A stretch of 61,472 nucleotides of DNA from Chiloscyllium plagiosum (taxonomy: Eukaryota): NCBI RefSeq assembly GCF_004010195.1, contig NC_057718.1, positions 53,491,413 to 53,552,884 on the forward strand, given 5' to 3'. Numbering within the stretch: the stretch's first letter is position 1; each line of letters starts with the position of its first letter. Positions 12,119 through 23,939 of the stretch are shown here, in pieces. Made by a program: the position numbers and the translations under genes. Under the pieces are notes generated by a model. The model worked only from the letters and a program-made list of their open reading frames with translations. It had not been told where the DNA came from and did no database searches.

Positions 12119-12734
12119 TAAAGTACATTAATAAGTCTAAATTCTGATAAGGTCAGCCATTTATTGTAGCCTCAATCACTCCTCCACAATCTGAATAATT
12201 GAAGCACTGGCTTTTATGCTTATCCTCCATCCCATACACCTCAGTCCACAACATCCTATCTGGGTGCCAATAACATCAGTTAGCATTATGGCTGTTGATG
12301 TCCCAAACCTGAAAATATGTGACAGACACCTCTCAGCCACACCAGCTGTAATGCCTCACAAAGACATTGCCTCCAAATGCCAGGGGTCTTCTGTGCTCAT
12401 GCTTGTATAGCACAGGACATCTACCCTTTCTGACACTGTAGCCAGGTTTTGCACAACACCACAGTACATGTCTGCCAGCTTCATCTAGACAGATCTGGTG
12501 GAGATGGAGAGGATGCCTCTGGCCACATAGTGAGAGGAGAAACAGTCTTCAGGGCGGGCATGTGACTGTACAGCAGAGTGCTATGTCAACATCACACCTA
12601 CAGCATGTGCCAGCTGCTTATGCATTGAATATACAACACCTGCTTCAACTAAATAGTTGCATCTGAAGGTCAAAGGAGAAGAGTCCTAAGTAGGGTCAAG
12701 GAGGAATGATAGACAGTTAAATGTATTGGTATTG

Positions 12735-12953
12735 CCTCACCATGGTCTTAACAGACCATAGGGCTGCTGTCTCATTAGAGAGATGATTGATGGTAATTTT
12801 ACCTGAAGGTCACCATACCTTTGGCAAGGGGAGAGGTTGGAAAAGAGAGTCCTTCATGATAACATCAGCCAGTGCAGGAATTGAACAAAAGCTGTCATTA
12901 TCACACTGTTTCCCAAGCCAAACATCCAGCCAACTGAGCTAAACTAAGCCCCT
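12735..12953 (-). mobile_element. tRNA-derived SINE (non-HE1 family)
   Basis: Minus strand starts ggggcttagtttagctcagttgg (A box), followed by gttcaattcc (B box). Confidence 0.7.
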
Positions 12954-13171
12954 CAGTCAGATGTATGGCCATGTTTAGTCAAGGGGCTCTTTGAACAACA
13001 CTTCTAAGGTTTGGGTAGTCAGGTAGGGTCTTGGCCTGATCCATATATTTGCAGCCGAGGAATTATGCCATAGTTACTCCTGCAGGTCAAGTGTAACCAT
13101 TCCGAGGGTCACAAACTGATGAGTTGTGGAGATGTTAGCCAAGAGGTGGACCATGTTCAGTCAGGGCTGAA

Positions 13172-15235
13172 TACAGAAACATGGAAAATGTGAGGAGAAG
13201 GAGTTGGCCATTTAGCCCTTTGAGCCATCTCTGCTGGCTGATCATTAAACTCAGCATGTTGTTCCCATTTTCTCCCCATACCCTTTGGTCCCTGTAACCC
13301 TACAAAATATATCTACCTCCATTAAAATATTCAATACTTGGCCTCAACCACTGTCTGTGGCAGAGAATCCCACAGGCTCACAGCTCTCTGAATGATGAAG
13401 TTTCCCTTCATCTCAGTCCAAAATGGCCTATCCTGTATCCTTAAACAGTGAGCCCTGGTTCTGGACTCCCTAGTCCTGTCGAATTATGATTGCGTTCAGA
13501 GGATCCCCTTCATTCTTCTAAACGCCAGTGAATATAGTCCTAAGTGATACAATGTCTTTTCATATGTCAGACCTGCCATCCAGGAATCAATCAGGGAAAC
13601 CTTTGTTGTGCTGTCTCCAAAGTCAGAACTTCCTTCTTCAGGTAAGGCTACCAAAACTGTACACAATACTCCCGGTGTTGTTTCACTAAGGCTCTGTATG
13701 ATTGCAGCTCCAGTACTTGAATCCTCTCCTTAAGAAGGCCAAAATACTATTCACCTTCTTCACCGCCTGGTGCAAATGCATGCTTACATTCAGTGACTGG
13801 TGAACAAGGAGCCCATGTGCACTTGATCCCCTTTATTAGTTACTTCCTTGAAAAACTCCAAAAGATTTGTCAAGCACGATTTTGTTTTTGTAAATCCAGC
13901 CTGACTTTATCTTACCATTTCCTGTTTTCTCAGTGGTCTGCTATTAAATCTTTTATAGTGGACTCTAGCATTTTCCCATTATCGACATTCAGGCTAACCA
14001 GCCTATAATTCCCTGTTTTCTCTCTATCACTATTTTTTAAATAGTGAAGTTAAATTATCTCCCCTCCAATCCACAGGAATTGTTTCAGAGTGAAAGATGA
14101 CCATCAATGTGTGTACTATTTCTAGGGTCATTAAGTACTCTGGGATGCAAATTAGCAGGTCCTGTGTCTCCCAACATTTTCAGGTCATTTTTGGTGTCCT
14201 CTTTGTAAAGATTGAACCATAGCATGTGTTCAATTGGTCTATAATTTCTTTGTTCCCATTATAACCTGCTGTTTCTGATTGTAAGGGCTGTACATTTGCC
14301 TTTGCCTTTTCACGTGGAAGCTTTTACAATCAGTTTGTGTATTCCTCACTGGCTTCCTCTGAGAATCCATTTTCCCCCTTGTTATCAATTCCTCTGTCAT
14401 CCTTTGCTGAATTCTAAACTGCTCCAATCCTCAAATGGGCTGCTGTTTTTGCCCATTCATATATGTACCTTCCCCTGGATCTAACATTGTCCTTTACTTC
14501 CCTTGTTAGCTCTGATCAGGCCACGTTTCCCCTTTTATTTACTTGCTGGACAAGAATGAGCAAATGTTATAATTGCTCCATGCTGTCTTTGCATGTTTGC
14601 CATTGCCTATCCACCATCATGGATTCTGGGTAATCCAAAATGGAGGTTGGGAAAAAGTTGTGGCTGTAAGAGCTGCTTCTTTTCCAGGAGCAATAATCAT
14701 TGTTTTGTAAGCTGTTGCATTCTTTTGAGAACTTTGGGGGAGAAAAAGATCTAACCAACAGCACTTTTGAAAAGAAAGAAGTGAGACAAAGGCAGTGACC
14801 ACATGATGGGAAATGCTGCCAGAGGAAGTGGTGGAGGCTGGTATAATTTCAAAGGTATCTGGATGGGCATGTGAATAGGAAGGGTTGAGGGGGATATGGG
14901 CCAAATGCTGACAAATAGAACTAGACTTATTTAGGAAAGCTGGTCAGGATGGATGAGTTGAACCAAAGGGTCTCTTTCCGTATTGTATATCTCAATGACT
15001 CTATGACTATCATCTATTTAGCTACTATTACGCAATTTAACATAGCCAGCTCGCATCTCATGCCATCATAATTTCCTTTATCAGGGTTCAGAACCCTCGT
15101 TTCAGAATCAACTATGTCACTCTTCAGCTTTTTGAATAATTATTTCATATTATGATCACTCTTCTCCAAGGGGTCTCATAACTAGATTGTCAACTATTTC
15201 TTTCTCATTACACAGCCTCCAATCTAGGATCTCTT
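13172..15235 (-). mobile_element. Decayed CR1 LINE pieces (3' UTR and ORF2 segments)
   Basis: Reverse 3' end agaaacatggaaaat...ggccatttagccctttgagc, and minus-strand RT relics ENREL*AG and KTKSCLTNLLEFF. Interrupted at about 14610-15010. Confidence 0.75.
14790..15010 (+). mobile_element. CR1 (HER1-type) 3' end fragment
   Basis: ctgccagaggaagtggtggaggctggta...atgactctatgacta tail, same family as 51313 and 55885. Confidence 0.85.
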
Positions 15236-15954
15236 GTTATGCACAGGAGGTCAGGTTAGTCCTGCATGTTTGGCCAAGAGCAGTCAGAGGCTTATGGTGG
15301 GTCAGTTCATGGAGTCCTTGGGACAGCAGACAACCAAAGTTTAGGGAAGAGCTTAATTTTACAGAATCACTGAGGGAATAGTGACAGTGACAGGGAACCA
15401 CAGGACTGTGACCATAGAGTGAATGGACAGGGACATCGAGGAGATCTGGAAGTGGAGAGGGGCTCAAACAGATTAAGGGAACTCAGGTCTGTACATAGGG
15501 AGAGTGTAGGGCTAACAAGTGCATGAGAATTTCTGAAGTCATGATCTCTGTGGGTAAAGTGGGGATAGTAAGAGTTATTTAAAAGGGGCTCAACAGAAAC
15601 TGTGGGAGGATGCAAAGCCATCAAGGCCACATGAACATCAACACAAAAGAGAACATGAATGATAGAGAACAATGCATGCATCGCGGAAAGAATCTGCAAT
15701 TCAATCACATTGAAACAAAGCTGGAACCCTGCCATGTTGGCTCGAAATTGAGAGCCACCATGTGCAATGTGGTTGGAGTAAATTCTTACAATTTTCCTTT
15801 GGGGATGGAATAAAACTTTTGGAATGTGAGATCTTGCTGGGGGGCTTTACAGTAATCATGTCTCCTCTGATTCAGTAATTCCATCCATCTGGTTTCAATT
15901 TGTACCTTATTTGTAGGTCATTCATTATCTAAAAATGTGTATCTTCTTTGTTTA

Positions 15955-16216
15955 TTTAGAAGATGCATGTGCTGCTGGCTAGGCCTGCATTTATTTCCTC
16001 TCCCTAATTGCCCAGAGGGTAGTTAAATGTTAACAATATTACTGTGGGTTTGAAGTCACAAGGAAGCCAAACAACGTGAGGACATTAGATTTCCTTCCCT
16101 AAAGGACCTTAGAGACCCAGTTGGGTTTTTGTGACAACTGGCAGTCACTAAATGGTCACCTTTAGCCTGCAGTTCTGGATTATTAGTTCAGTAACATTAT
16201 TACTATCCACTACCAA
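15955..16216 (-). mobile_element. Bipartite SINE-like element (same family as 4305-4545)
   Basis: Minus strand reads ctaataatccagaa...gtcctttagggaaggaaatc...gggcaattagggag..ataaatgc.ggcctagccagc. Confidence 0.7.
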
Positions 16217-16903
16217 CTTCAATTAAACATGATGGCATTCAGAAATCAAGAGCAAAACCTTGTGTGTAAATTGTCTTCTGGTCATGTCAACTAAGCAAAT
16301 ATAATCAGATAAACGCACATGAAAGCAGAATCCAAAGTTTCCATTTCAGAAGAATATTCCACAGTTCACACTGGATGGTAATGCATCATAAAATACTGCC
16401 ATATTCACATACTGACGTGTAAGCGTTTTTGGACAATTCTGTGATGTGGAAGGGAGTCTATTTTTTGAGAGCATGATCATATTGACTTACTAGCAGAATT
16501 CTACCCACTGGTGTAACATAGATATTCAAAATACATTTGGATGAAGTTGCCTACTTCAGAGCTCAATATAGAGATGTGACCTGGAGTACCTTGAGAAGCC
16601 TCCATGGTACATTGTTTGAGGAGTTTGTTATCTTACTAACATTCCCCACAGATTGTCTGTTCACTCATTTAACATGGAGATGGCCATGGCTGGAGGCCTT
16701 ATGGCCTTGATTTGATTCTGAAGACACCATGGAACGAAACAACAATTGCAATGTTGTCAATGATCCCTGCAAGAACAGCAATATTCAAATACTGCTGAAC
16801 AGCTTTCAGAGGGAGAAGCAGCAGGAGAAGATCCACCGAATGAAATGGAAGACCATGTTAAGATATTGGGTCGACAGTCCTCACTGCCATTCTCTTCAAC
16901 TGT

Positions 16904-17489
16904 TGTGGTTCTGTTCGCCGAGCTGGGAATTTGTGTTGCAGACATTTCGTCCCCTATCTAAGTGACATCCCCAGTGCTTGGGAGCCTCCTGTGAAGCACT
17001 TCTGTGATCTTTCCTTCACCATTTGTAGTGGTTTGAATCTGCCGCTTCTGGTTGTCAGTTCCAGCTGTCCGTTGCAGTGGTCGGTATATTGGGTCCAGGT
17101 CGATGTGCTTATTGATTGAATTTGTGGAGGAATGCCATGCCTCTAGGAATTCCCTGGCTGTTCTCTGTTTGGCTTGTCCTATAATAGAATCCCACAGATT
17201 CAATCAATAAGCACATCGACCTGGACCCAATATACCGACCACTGCAACGGACAGCTGGAACTGACAACCAGAAGCGGCAGATTCAAACCACTACAAATGC
17301 CGGAGGAAAGATCACAAAAGCGCTTCACAGGAGGCACCCAAGCACAAATTGAAACCAGATGGATGGAATTACTGAATCAGAGGATGTCACCTAGACAGGG
17401 TACAAAACGTCTGCAAAACAAATTCCCAACTCGGCGAATAGAACCACAATAACGAGCACCCGAGCTACAAATCTTCTCACAAACTTTGA
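16904..17489. mobile_element. Penelope-like element 3' fragment with inverted duplication and TSD
   Basis: The left arm (minus) encodes IIGQAKQRTAREFLEAWHS..SINKHIDLDPIY. The right arm from about 17199 is its reverse complement. Perfect 15-bp TSD attctcttcaactgt at 16889-16903 and 17490-17504. Confidence 0.95.
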
Positions 17490-20169
17490 ATTCTCTTCAA
17501 CTGTCTGAGAAATAATACAGGGAAATGAAAAATTTATTGGTCCATCAGCTCTGAACTGTGTCATCTGCTACAGGATAAGTTGCACAGGATAAGAACTGGA
17601 TTGTAATCTCATGGAACTGGAAAGCTGTGTGGTATCTTCCGATCCTTGACCTATCAATGGATTTGGGGCGTAACATTTTCTTCAGATCCTTGCGCCATGC
17701 CAAAGACGGACAAACGGTCTGGGTAGTGGTATTCTCCAACATCACTGGTGCCTCCAGGCAGAGGATGCTATTAACAAAATCCATTTTGCTTTAAGAGCAT
17801 CTGCTATCAACAACGTTCATCAACAAAAGTGGTTTATACTCAATCAATGCTCACATTATATGTGACCATCCAATGCCATGTCTTGGGGGTCTTCAACAGA
17901 TTTCTTGGGAGCTAGAGAGCTTACAGGTTCCTGAATCCTGCTGAGATATTTGGGCCATACAGGGATGGGTTCTAGGAGAGAAGGGCTACTCCCTCCAAAC
18001 CATGTCTCATGGCACTCACTGATTTTTCATTCTTTGTGCTTTTATTCTTTTATCAATGCTAGTTTTAAGCTGAAGATGACTTGTGGACTTTGTGAAACAG
18101 CTTGTGGTACAGGAAAAGAACAGAGCAAGAAATCTTTTGTTTGTTTGTGAGGCCAGGTCTGGAGGCCAATTGCAGACTGAGTCTTGATCAGAAGGGTTCA
18201 CATAGACGCAGTGAACCCACGAAGAGCACTGAATTAAATAGATAGCAGAAGTTAGCTATTCACAAGATCAGTACTTGGAAATTCATTCTGGTGAGGCTGG
18301 AAGCGATCCTATCTTCAAACAAATGGCAGTTGGCGAATGGTAAGTGGAAAGCAATGATGAGTCTATCAGGGCACAATCCCTGTTATTTTTGAACTGTGCC
18401 TTCTGGAGAGGATGAGCTTGGTTGCTGACAACACAACATGAAGATTTAAGAAGATCCTTCTCTAATCTGCCACATCACCTTTTGGATATGCAAAGATAGA
18501 AAGTTGAGTTAGAAGTATTGCTAGCTTTACCTGAGTGAAGTGAAAAGGTGACCTTGATCAATGATTCAGAAAAGGAAAGCCATTTAAGTATTGTGGCTAG
18601 TTTTGTTATTTTCTTTTAATTATCCCTTCACTATGTTTAAATGTCTATCTCTCCGTCTCTTGTGTGAATGTGAGCTGAAAGTAAATATTTTGGGTTTTAA
18701 GATTAAACATTAATCAGTTTACCTTATTTTTGTTCTCTCTGCTAAAGTTATAGTTAAGATAATGTTTAAAAATACAAAACCAGTATATGGAATTAGCTAT
18801 TCACAAAGTCTGGATTTGTTATTCAGAAGACTGGTTACAAACTGTTGAATAACGATTGTGGTCCTGACAGTTTAATTTTATCATGTTGTGAATACAGAGG
18901 TAGGAAGACTTATTTGGTTTGGCTGTCTGTCTCCATGTCATAAGGACACCTTTCAAAACCTTCAGACTGATGTAGAATTAAATTGCAATGTTGCTCTTGC
19001 TTCCTCCTGAACCAGAGTAGAATGGATGATAAACCTCCTGAACATAAGGTTTTGATGCAAAGTTTGCTTCAGTGGAATCTTGCCATATAACCCATAAAGG
19101 AGAGCTGCATTATTATGACATGCAGGTCCCTTCACAGCTGACAAAAGAAGGATGTCCTGGCTCCTGATAATATTAAGATGAACAGCAATATTCTGAGGTT
19201 GATGATGAGGATCAAGACAGTGACTAAAAGGGCCATCTGAAACAAAATGACAGAGCAATGTATCACTGAGGCCCAGATGCCAGAGAGAACTTAATTGAAA
19301 GTTGCTTTCAGGATGAACGAGCTGAGTTTGGACATCTTTTAATCAGTTAACTCTCCACTGGCAAGAAGCCCTGCTTAGAGCAAAGGTCAAGTAGATCTTG
19401 TTACTTTTGCAATTTTGGAACATTTGTGTTGTTAAATGTTTTTTATCCATCTGATTGTACGCTTGATATTATCCCACTTTCAGTTATGTCCACCTTACCT
19501 CCAGACCATGAGGGAAAAAGCAGTGTGCAATGAGATAATGCACTAAGATTGCATTGTGTTAAGGTTATTTGCTGTGAGGGTAAGTGGGTATATAAGTGTC
19601 CATTGTGCTTCTCACAGCTTTGCATGGCAGTGTGCTGCTTCAAAAAAGCTGATCCATCGAATGAACATTTATCTCCATGAATGTGTGTAATTTTCGCTGA
19701 TTCCATTGTCTCTCTCATATGGTGAGTATAAGTTTTGAATAAAGTGCACTTTCTTTTGTTCACTGTATTTAGGTGGTGGTGGAACTGAAGGGCTTGGTAC
19801 TGGCTTCTTTGAGGTGCAGAATTGCTAGGTGTTGCTCGTGCCTGCATACGGGCAAGGATGGAATTAGTTGTCTAAGAGGAATAAAAGCTTATGAATCCAT
19901 CTATACTGGTGGTGATTGATGAGCAGTGCAGCACAATGAAACTTACTGGGCTCCCCTTCCCTACATAAGCAGTTGTGCTGTTTTCCAGGTTGGTTAAATA
20001 AATCTTCTTCTTGTACTGATTGAGGGGCCTGATGTCCACCATCCCTCCCCATCCTACTTCCTGCCAAATTTGGCTAATTTGGTCAAGCTGTGGGTCAATT
20101 TTCTTTTCCTGCAGTAAGACAAAGGGAAGGATTGAGTATGTCAAAGAAGATGGGTGGAAAAGAAATTTC

Positions 20170-20270
20170 TTCAGAAGAAGAGGTTCCAGACTTGAAATGT
20201 TAACTCTGTTTTTTCTCCACAGTTGCTGCCAGACCTGCTGAGTTTCTTCAGCAATTCCTGTTTTTGTTTG
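20170..20270 (+). mobile_element. Old PLE pseudo-LTR with decayed hammerhead
   Basis: cagaagaagaggttccagacttgaaatgttaactct...ccagacctgctgagtttc. Confidence 0.7.
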
Positions 20271-20573
20271 TTTCGTTTACCTTATCCTTCAATAGGAGGA
20301 ATTGATGTTCCAAACATCTTCATTTACTTAATTTGTGGAATAGTGGACAATACAATGACTGGCTCTCACAATGCCATTTATGAGTATCTGTAATGTTCAT
20401 CAGACATAAAAGATTGAGGACTGATGCTGTGATGCAATTCATTGATATTTTCTGAAAGTCTTCACTATATCCCTGTTAAATCTAACCCTCATTATGCACT
20501 GCAGCTAGGATGCTAAGACTATCCCTTACAATTTCCCCTGATATTACTGCTGACGATAATTTCAAATCTCGTA

Positions 20574-20796
20574 CAGGTCATTCTGCTATGAACACATATT
20601 TCATCAATGCAAATTCGTTGTAATGCGATTGATGAATTGGGGACGCTGTTTCTAAAGTCTGAATTTTTACATCATGTGTTGGCTGTAATGCAATTACATC
20701 ATCAAAACTTTAAATGTTGTTTCTGAAGCGAGATTTTTCTGTAACGCTGGGTTGCTCAAGACTACATCCATCACGCTATAAAATATCTGGCTACTG
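20574..20796 (+). mobile_element. Tc1/mariner (Tigger-like) MITE
   Basis: TA|caggtcattctgcta...ctactg|TA. Internally similar to 23748-23936. Confidence 0.7.
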
Positions 20797-23444
20797 TATT
20801 TGTACAATTAACCTCAGTCCTAGATAAAAGTTAAGGATTTGCTTTTTGTTGACTTGATCTGCTGTACAGCCACTGAGTCCTTCTCAACTTCCTTTTTATA
20901 ATATTTTCTTGTTAATTTATTTAGACTTACTTTAAATTATCAATTATATTCAGAGATGTAGTATGAATGTATGAAAGCTGGCTATTGATAGTTTTAAAAT
21001 GTCTGGGAAAGTAAATCTAACAATTCTTCATTAGTTTTACTCAACTAACTACGGATGTACTCTTTTATTCATATTAGTGTCAGGACAAACTATATCTCCG
21101 AACACATGTTCAATATTTATTTATCTCTGACCAAATACTTGTCACAAACTGTATTAAGTAATGACAATATTATGAAATAACTTACGACCTTGCAATTCTA
21201 CATTTGTTTCGTCAAATATCATGATCAATTCTGTAGGAAATGCAAATAATGCTTGTAAATACTGCGAACAAAATAGACTCTATATATTCAAAAGCAAATA
21301 GAGAAAATTCAGCAAACTATCGAGCACTTCCTTTCCTCAGTGTAGGAAAAAATAGTAACTGCTTTATTCAATGATTCATTTTTTTTAAAATTCAGAACTA
21401 AAAGTATAATAATGCATGAATTTTAAAAGTGAAAGTCATGTTTGACCAAGATGTTGAATTCTTTGAAAAAAAAATAGGAGTAGATAAGGATAATGCAGTT
21501 GTTGTAATATGTTTGGATATTTATTAAGCTTTGGATAAGATATCTCATTATACATGGAGGTGAAGTCGGGGACAAATAACAAGGTGGGTACAAAACCAAA
21601 AACTGAGTTGGGATTGAGCATTGGAACTCAGGGAGAGAACTGATAAGAAGTGGTCAGGAGTTTTTTACTTCCTCGCAGAAGCAGATTGATACTTGAAGAG
21701 GAGCAAATTTGGGTAACATTACAGCAGTATCATATCTGCACCTGTTCAATTCCACCCCATCCAGTGGTATGGGTATTTTGTTGTGGGAGAACCCTCAGTT
21801 ACCTGCAAAGAGATGATCATATGAAGAGGGCTGAAGCTACTCAGGAGGCGACATGTTGTGGGGAGCTGTACTGACATCGCTCCCCCTGTTTGCTTGTCCA
21901 TATCCCTCCCACTTCTAACATTTCCAACCCCTTCTTCTAAGTTCCAGGAGAATTGAGCTCATTATAATTAAATGTAAATTAAGATTAATGAAATTGAAGA
22001 TTGAGCATGACACTGATCTTTTGATGGGCCACCCTCAATGGTGTGACCGATTTATTGGCAGAAATATTGACTTAAATGTTGCAGCAATTTCTGGAAATGA
22101 AGTTCATTAAAAGTTGTAATGGGCAATACGGTTTAATTGCATTGATATTAAAATTTGCCTGTGTTGTCGTTCAACTGAAGATATTTAAATAATTTTGAGA
22201 AACCTCAGATTCGATTTTAATTTCACTGTCGATGTTTATTGAATTGACTGGAATTTTTTTCACTTGACTGTGAACAGACTTCGCTGCACTGAATCCTGTC
22301 AATTCAGCATATTTCAAGGACTATTGCCTTCTCTGAAGTTGTTGCTGATAATGCTATTTATATGACAGCCAGTCCAACCGGTCGTGGCCCACACTCTCTG
22401 CGTGTAGCTAATTTAGCTTACATGTCACTCACTTAGTGGCAAGAAGGAAAAAGGAAACAGCATCTATGAAATGCTTTAATAGCCCTAGAAAATATGGTAA
22501 GAGTGAAAAGTGCTAAACCATGAATCATATAATTTTATCTGTGAAAATATTTTAGTTTTATTCGACGTTCCCTCCTAATTTATGTCAATAAAGTTAACAT
22601 ATTAAAACTGGCATTGGCAATTAATATAATGGGTATTAATTCTTTCCTAAATCTTTAATTTTTGAATTTTCATTTTAAATTTTTCATATTGCTATAATAC
22701 TGTCGTATCAGCTCAAACTGTCAATCATATTAGGTAGAGTGCTGGTTTAATCATGCGCTTTGTACAATAAATTAACAAATATAAAATGTGTTCAATAATT
22801 GAGTTTTGTGAGAAAGTGCTGATTTGTCACCAATGTTCCGGTTAGCAGATTGCACAAAAACTAAAGCTCATCAACTGCATGGGAAGAAGTGAAACGAATC
22901 ATAAGTGTCATGCTGGGAATTATAAGAAACATTAAGGAAATCCAAAAGTAACTTGATCATATCCAAAAAGTTACCAAGTTAGGTGATTATAATACTAACT
23001 GTATTATAAAACCTCTGTACTGCACAACCCCTTATCTTTTGGTTATTAGTGTTCTCGAACACTAATAAAACTAGGTGTTGTTAAAGCTAGGTGTGTTTGC
23101 AGCAAGGACTTACTGCATTGTCTTTTCCCCATCTGATACTTCTGTGAGTATTTACTGGCTGACAGTGCAGAATCGTAAAATTGGTCCAATTATCCACACG
23201 TTGACAGACATGTATGTCTGTTTTTGTGTGCTCAACTTGACCTGACGGACATGTCTGGAATGTCATTCAGGTCAAATATGGTTGCAAAGTTGTGAACAAC
23301 CTTAGGCATTTGCCAAGGAGTGTTTTTAAGTTGTTGCTTCCTAATATTGCTTCTGTATTGCTTCTCATTATCTACTTGATGATGGCAACCTGCCATTGTT
23401 GAGACAGGGGTGGAACAGAGAAGGATAGGGGTAGGATGGAGATA

Positions 23445-23510
23445 GCAAGTTTTGAGAAGATGTTTAGCTCAGGTTGAGGTTCTGGATGTAGGTTTGCTCA
23501 CTGATCTGGA
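23445..23510 (-). mobile_element. PLE terminal fragment
   Basis: Reverse complement resembles 12060-12118 (aacctcaacctgagcta...aaacttgc). Confidence 0.7.
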
Positions 23511-23747
23511 ACCTTTCAATGGATATCCAGTAGGGTGGAGTTGTGTACAATCGGTATGTGCGCAAAATGTGCAGACAGTAATAATGCAAATTGCGTTGGT
23601 CTGGTTGGATATATTACTTTGTATATAGCAAATTCTGATCTAATAAATGGCAGTTTCCTATCTTGGCACTGGTGGAGAGTTTCACCACTAATATAGACAA
23701 AAGAAAACAGTAGGCTTGAACTACTAATAAGGGATTAGATTAATATA

Positions 23748-23936
23748 CAGGTCGTTCTGTCATTTCATCGATGCGAATTGGCTATAATGTGATTGACAAA
23801 TTGTGGACGCTGTTTGGGTGATACAAACTTTTTACTGAATGGATATAACGATTTTTTATAGCGATCTTCTAAAGCGATTTTCCATAGTGCGACACCACAG
23901 AAAAACATAGCCATCATGTTATAGCAGAACGACCTG
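23748..23936 (+). mobile_element. Tc1/mariner (Tigger-like) MITE
   Basis: Perfect 12-bp TIR caggtcgttctg/cagaacgacctg flanked by TA on both sides. Confidence 0.88.
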
Positions 23937-23939
23937 TAT

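Noticed and set aside
16300..17900. Possible ancient minus-strand LINE around the PLE (ADDT near 17560)
   Set aside because: A single weak motif, with no colinear support I could verify.
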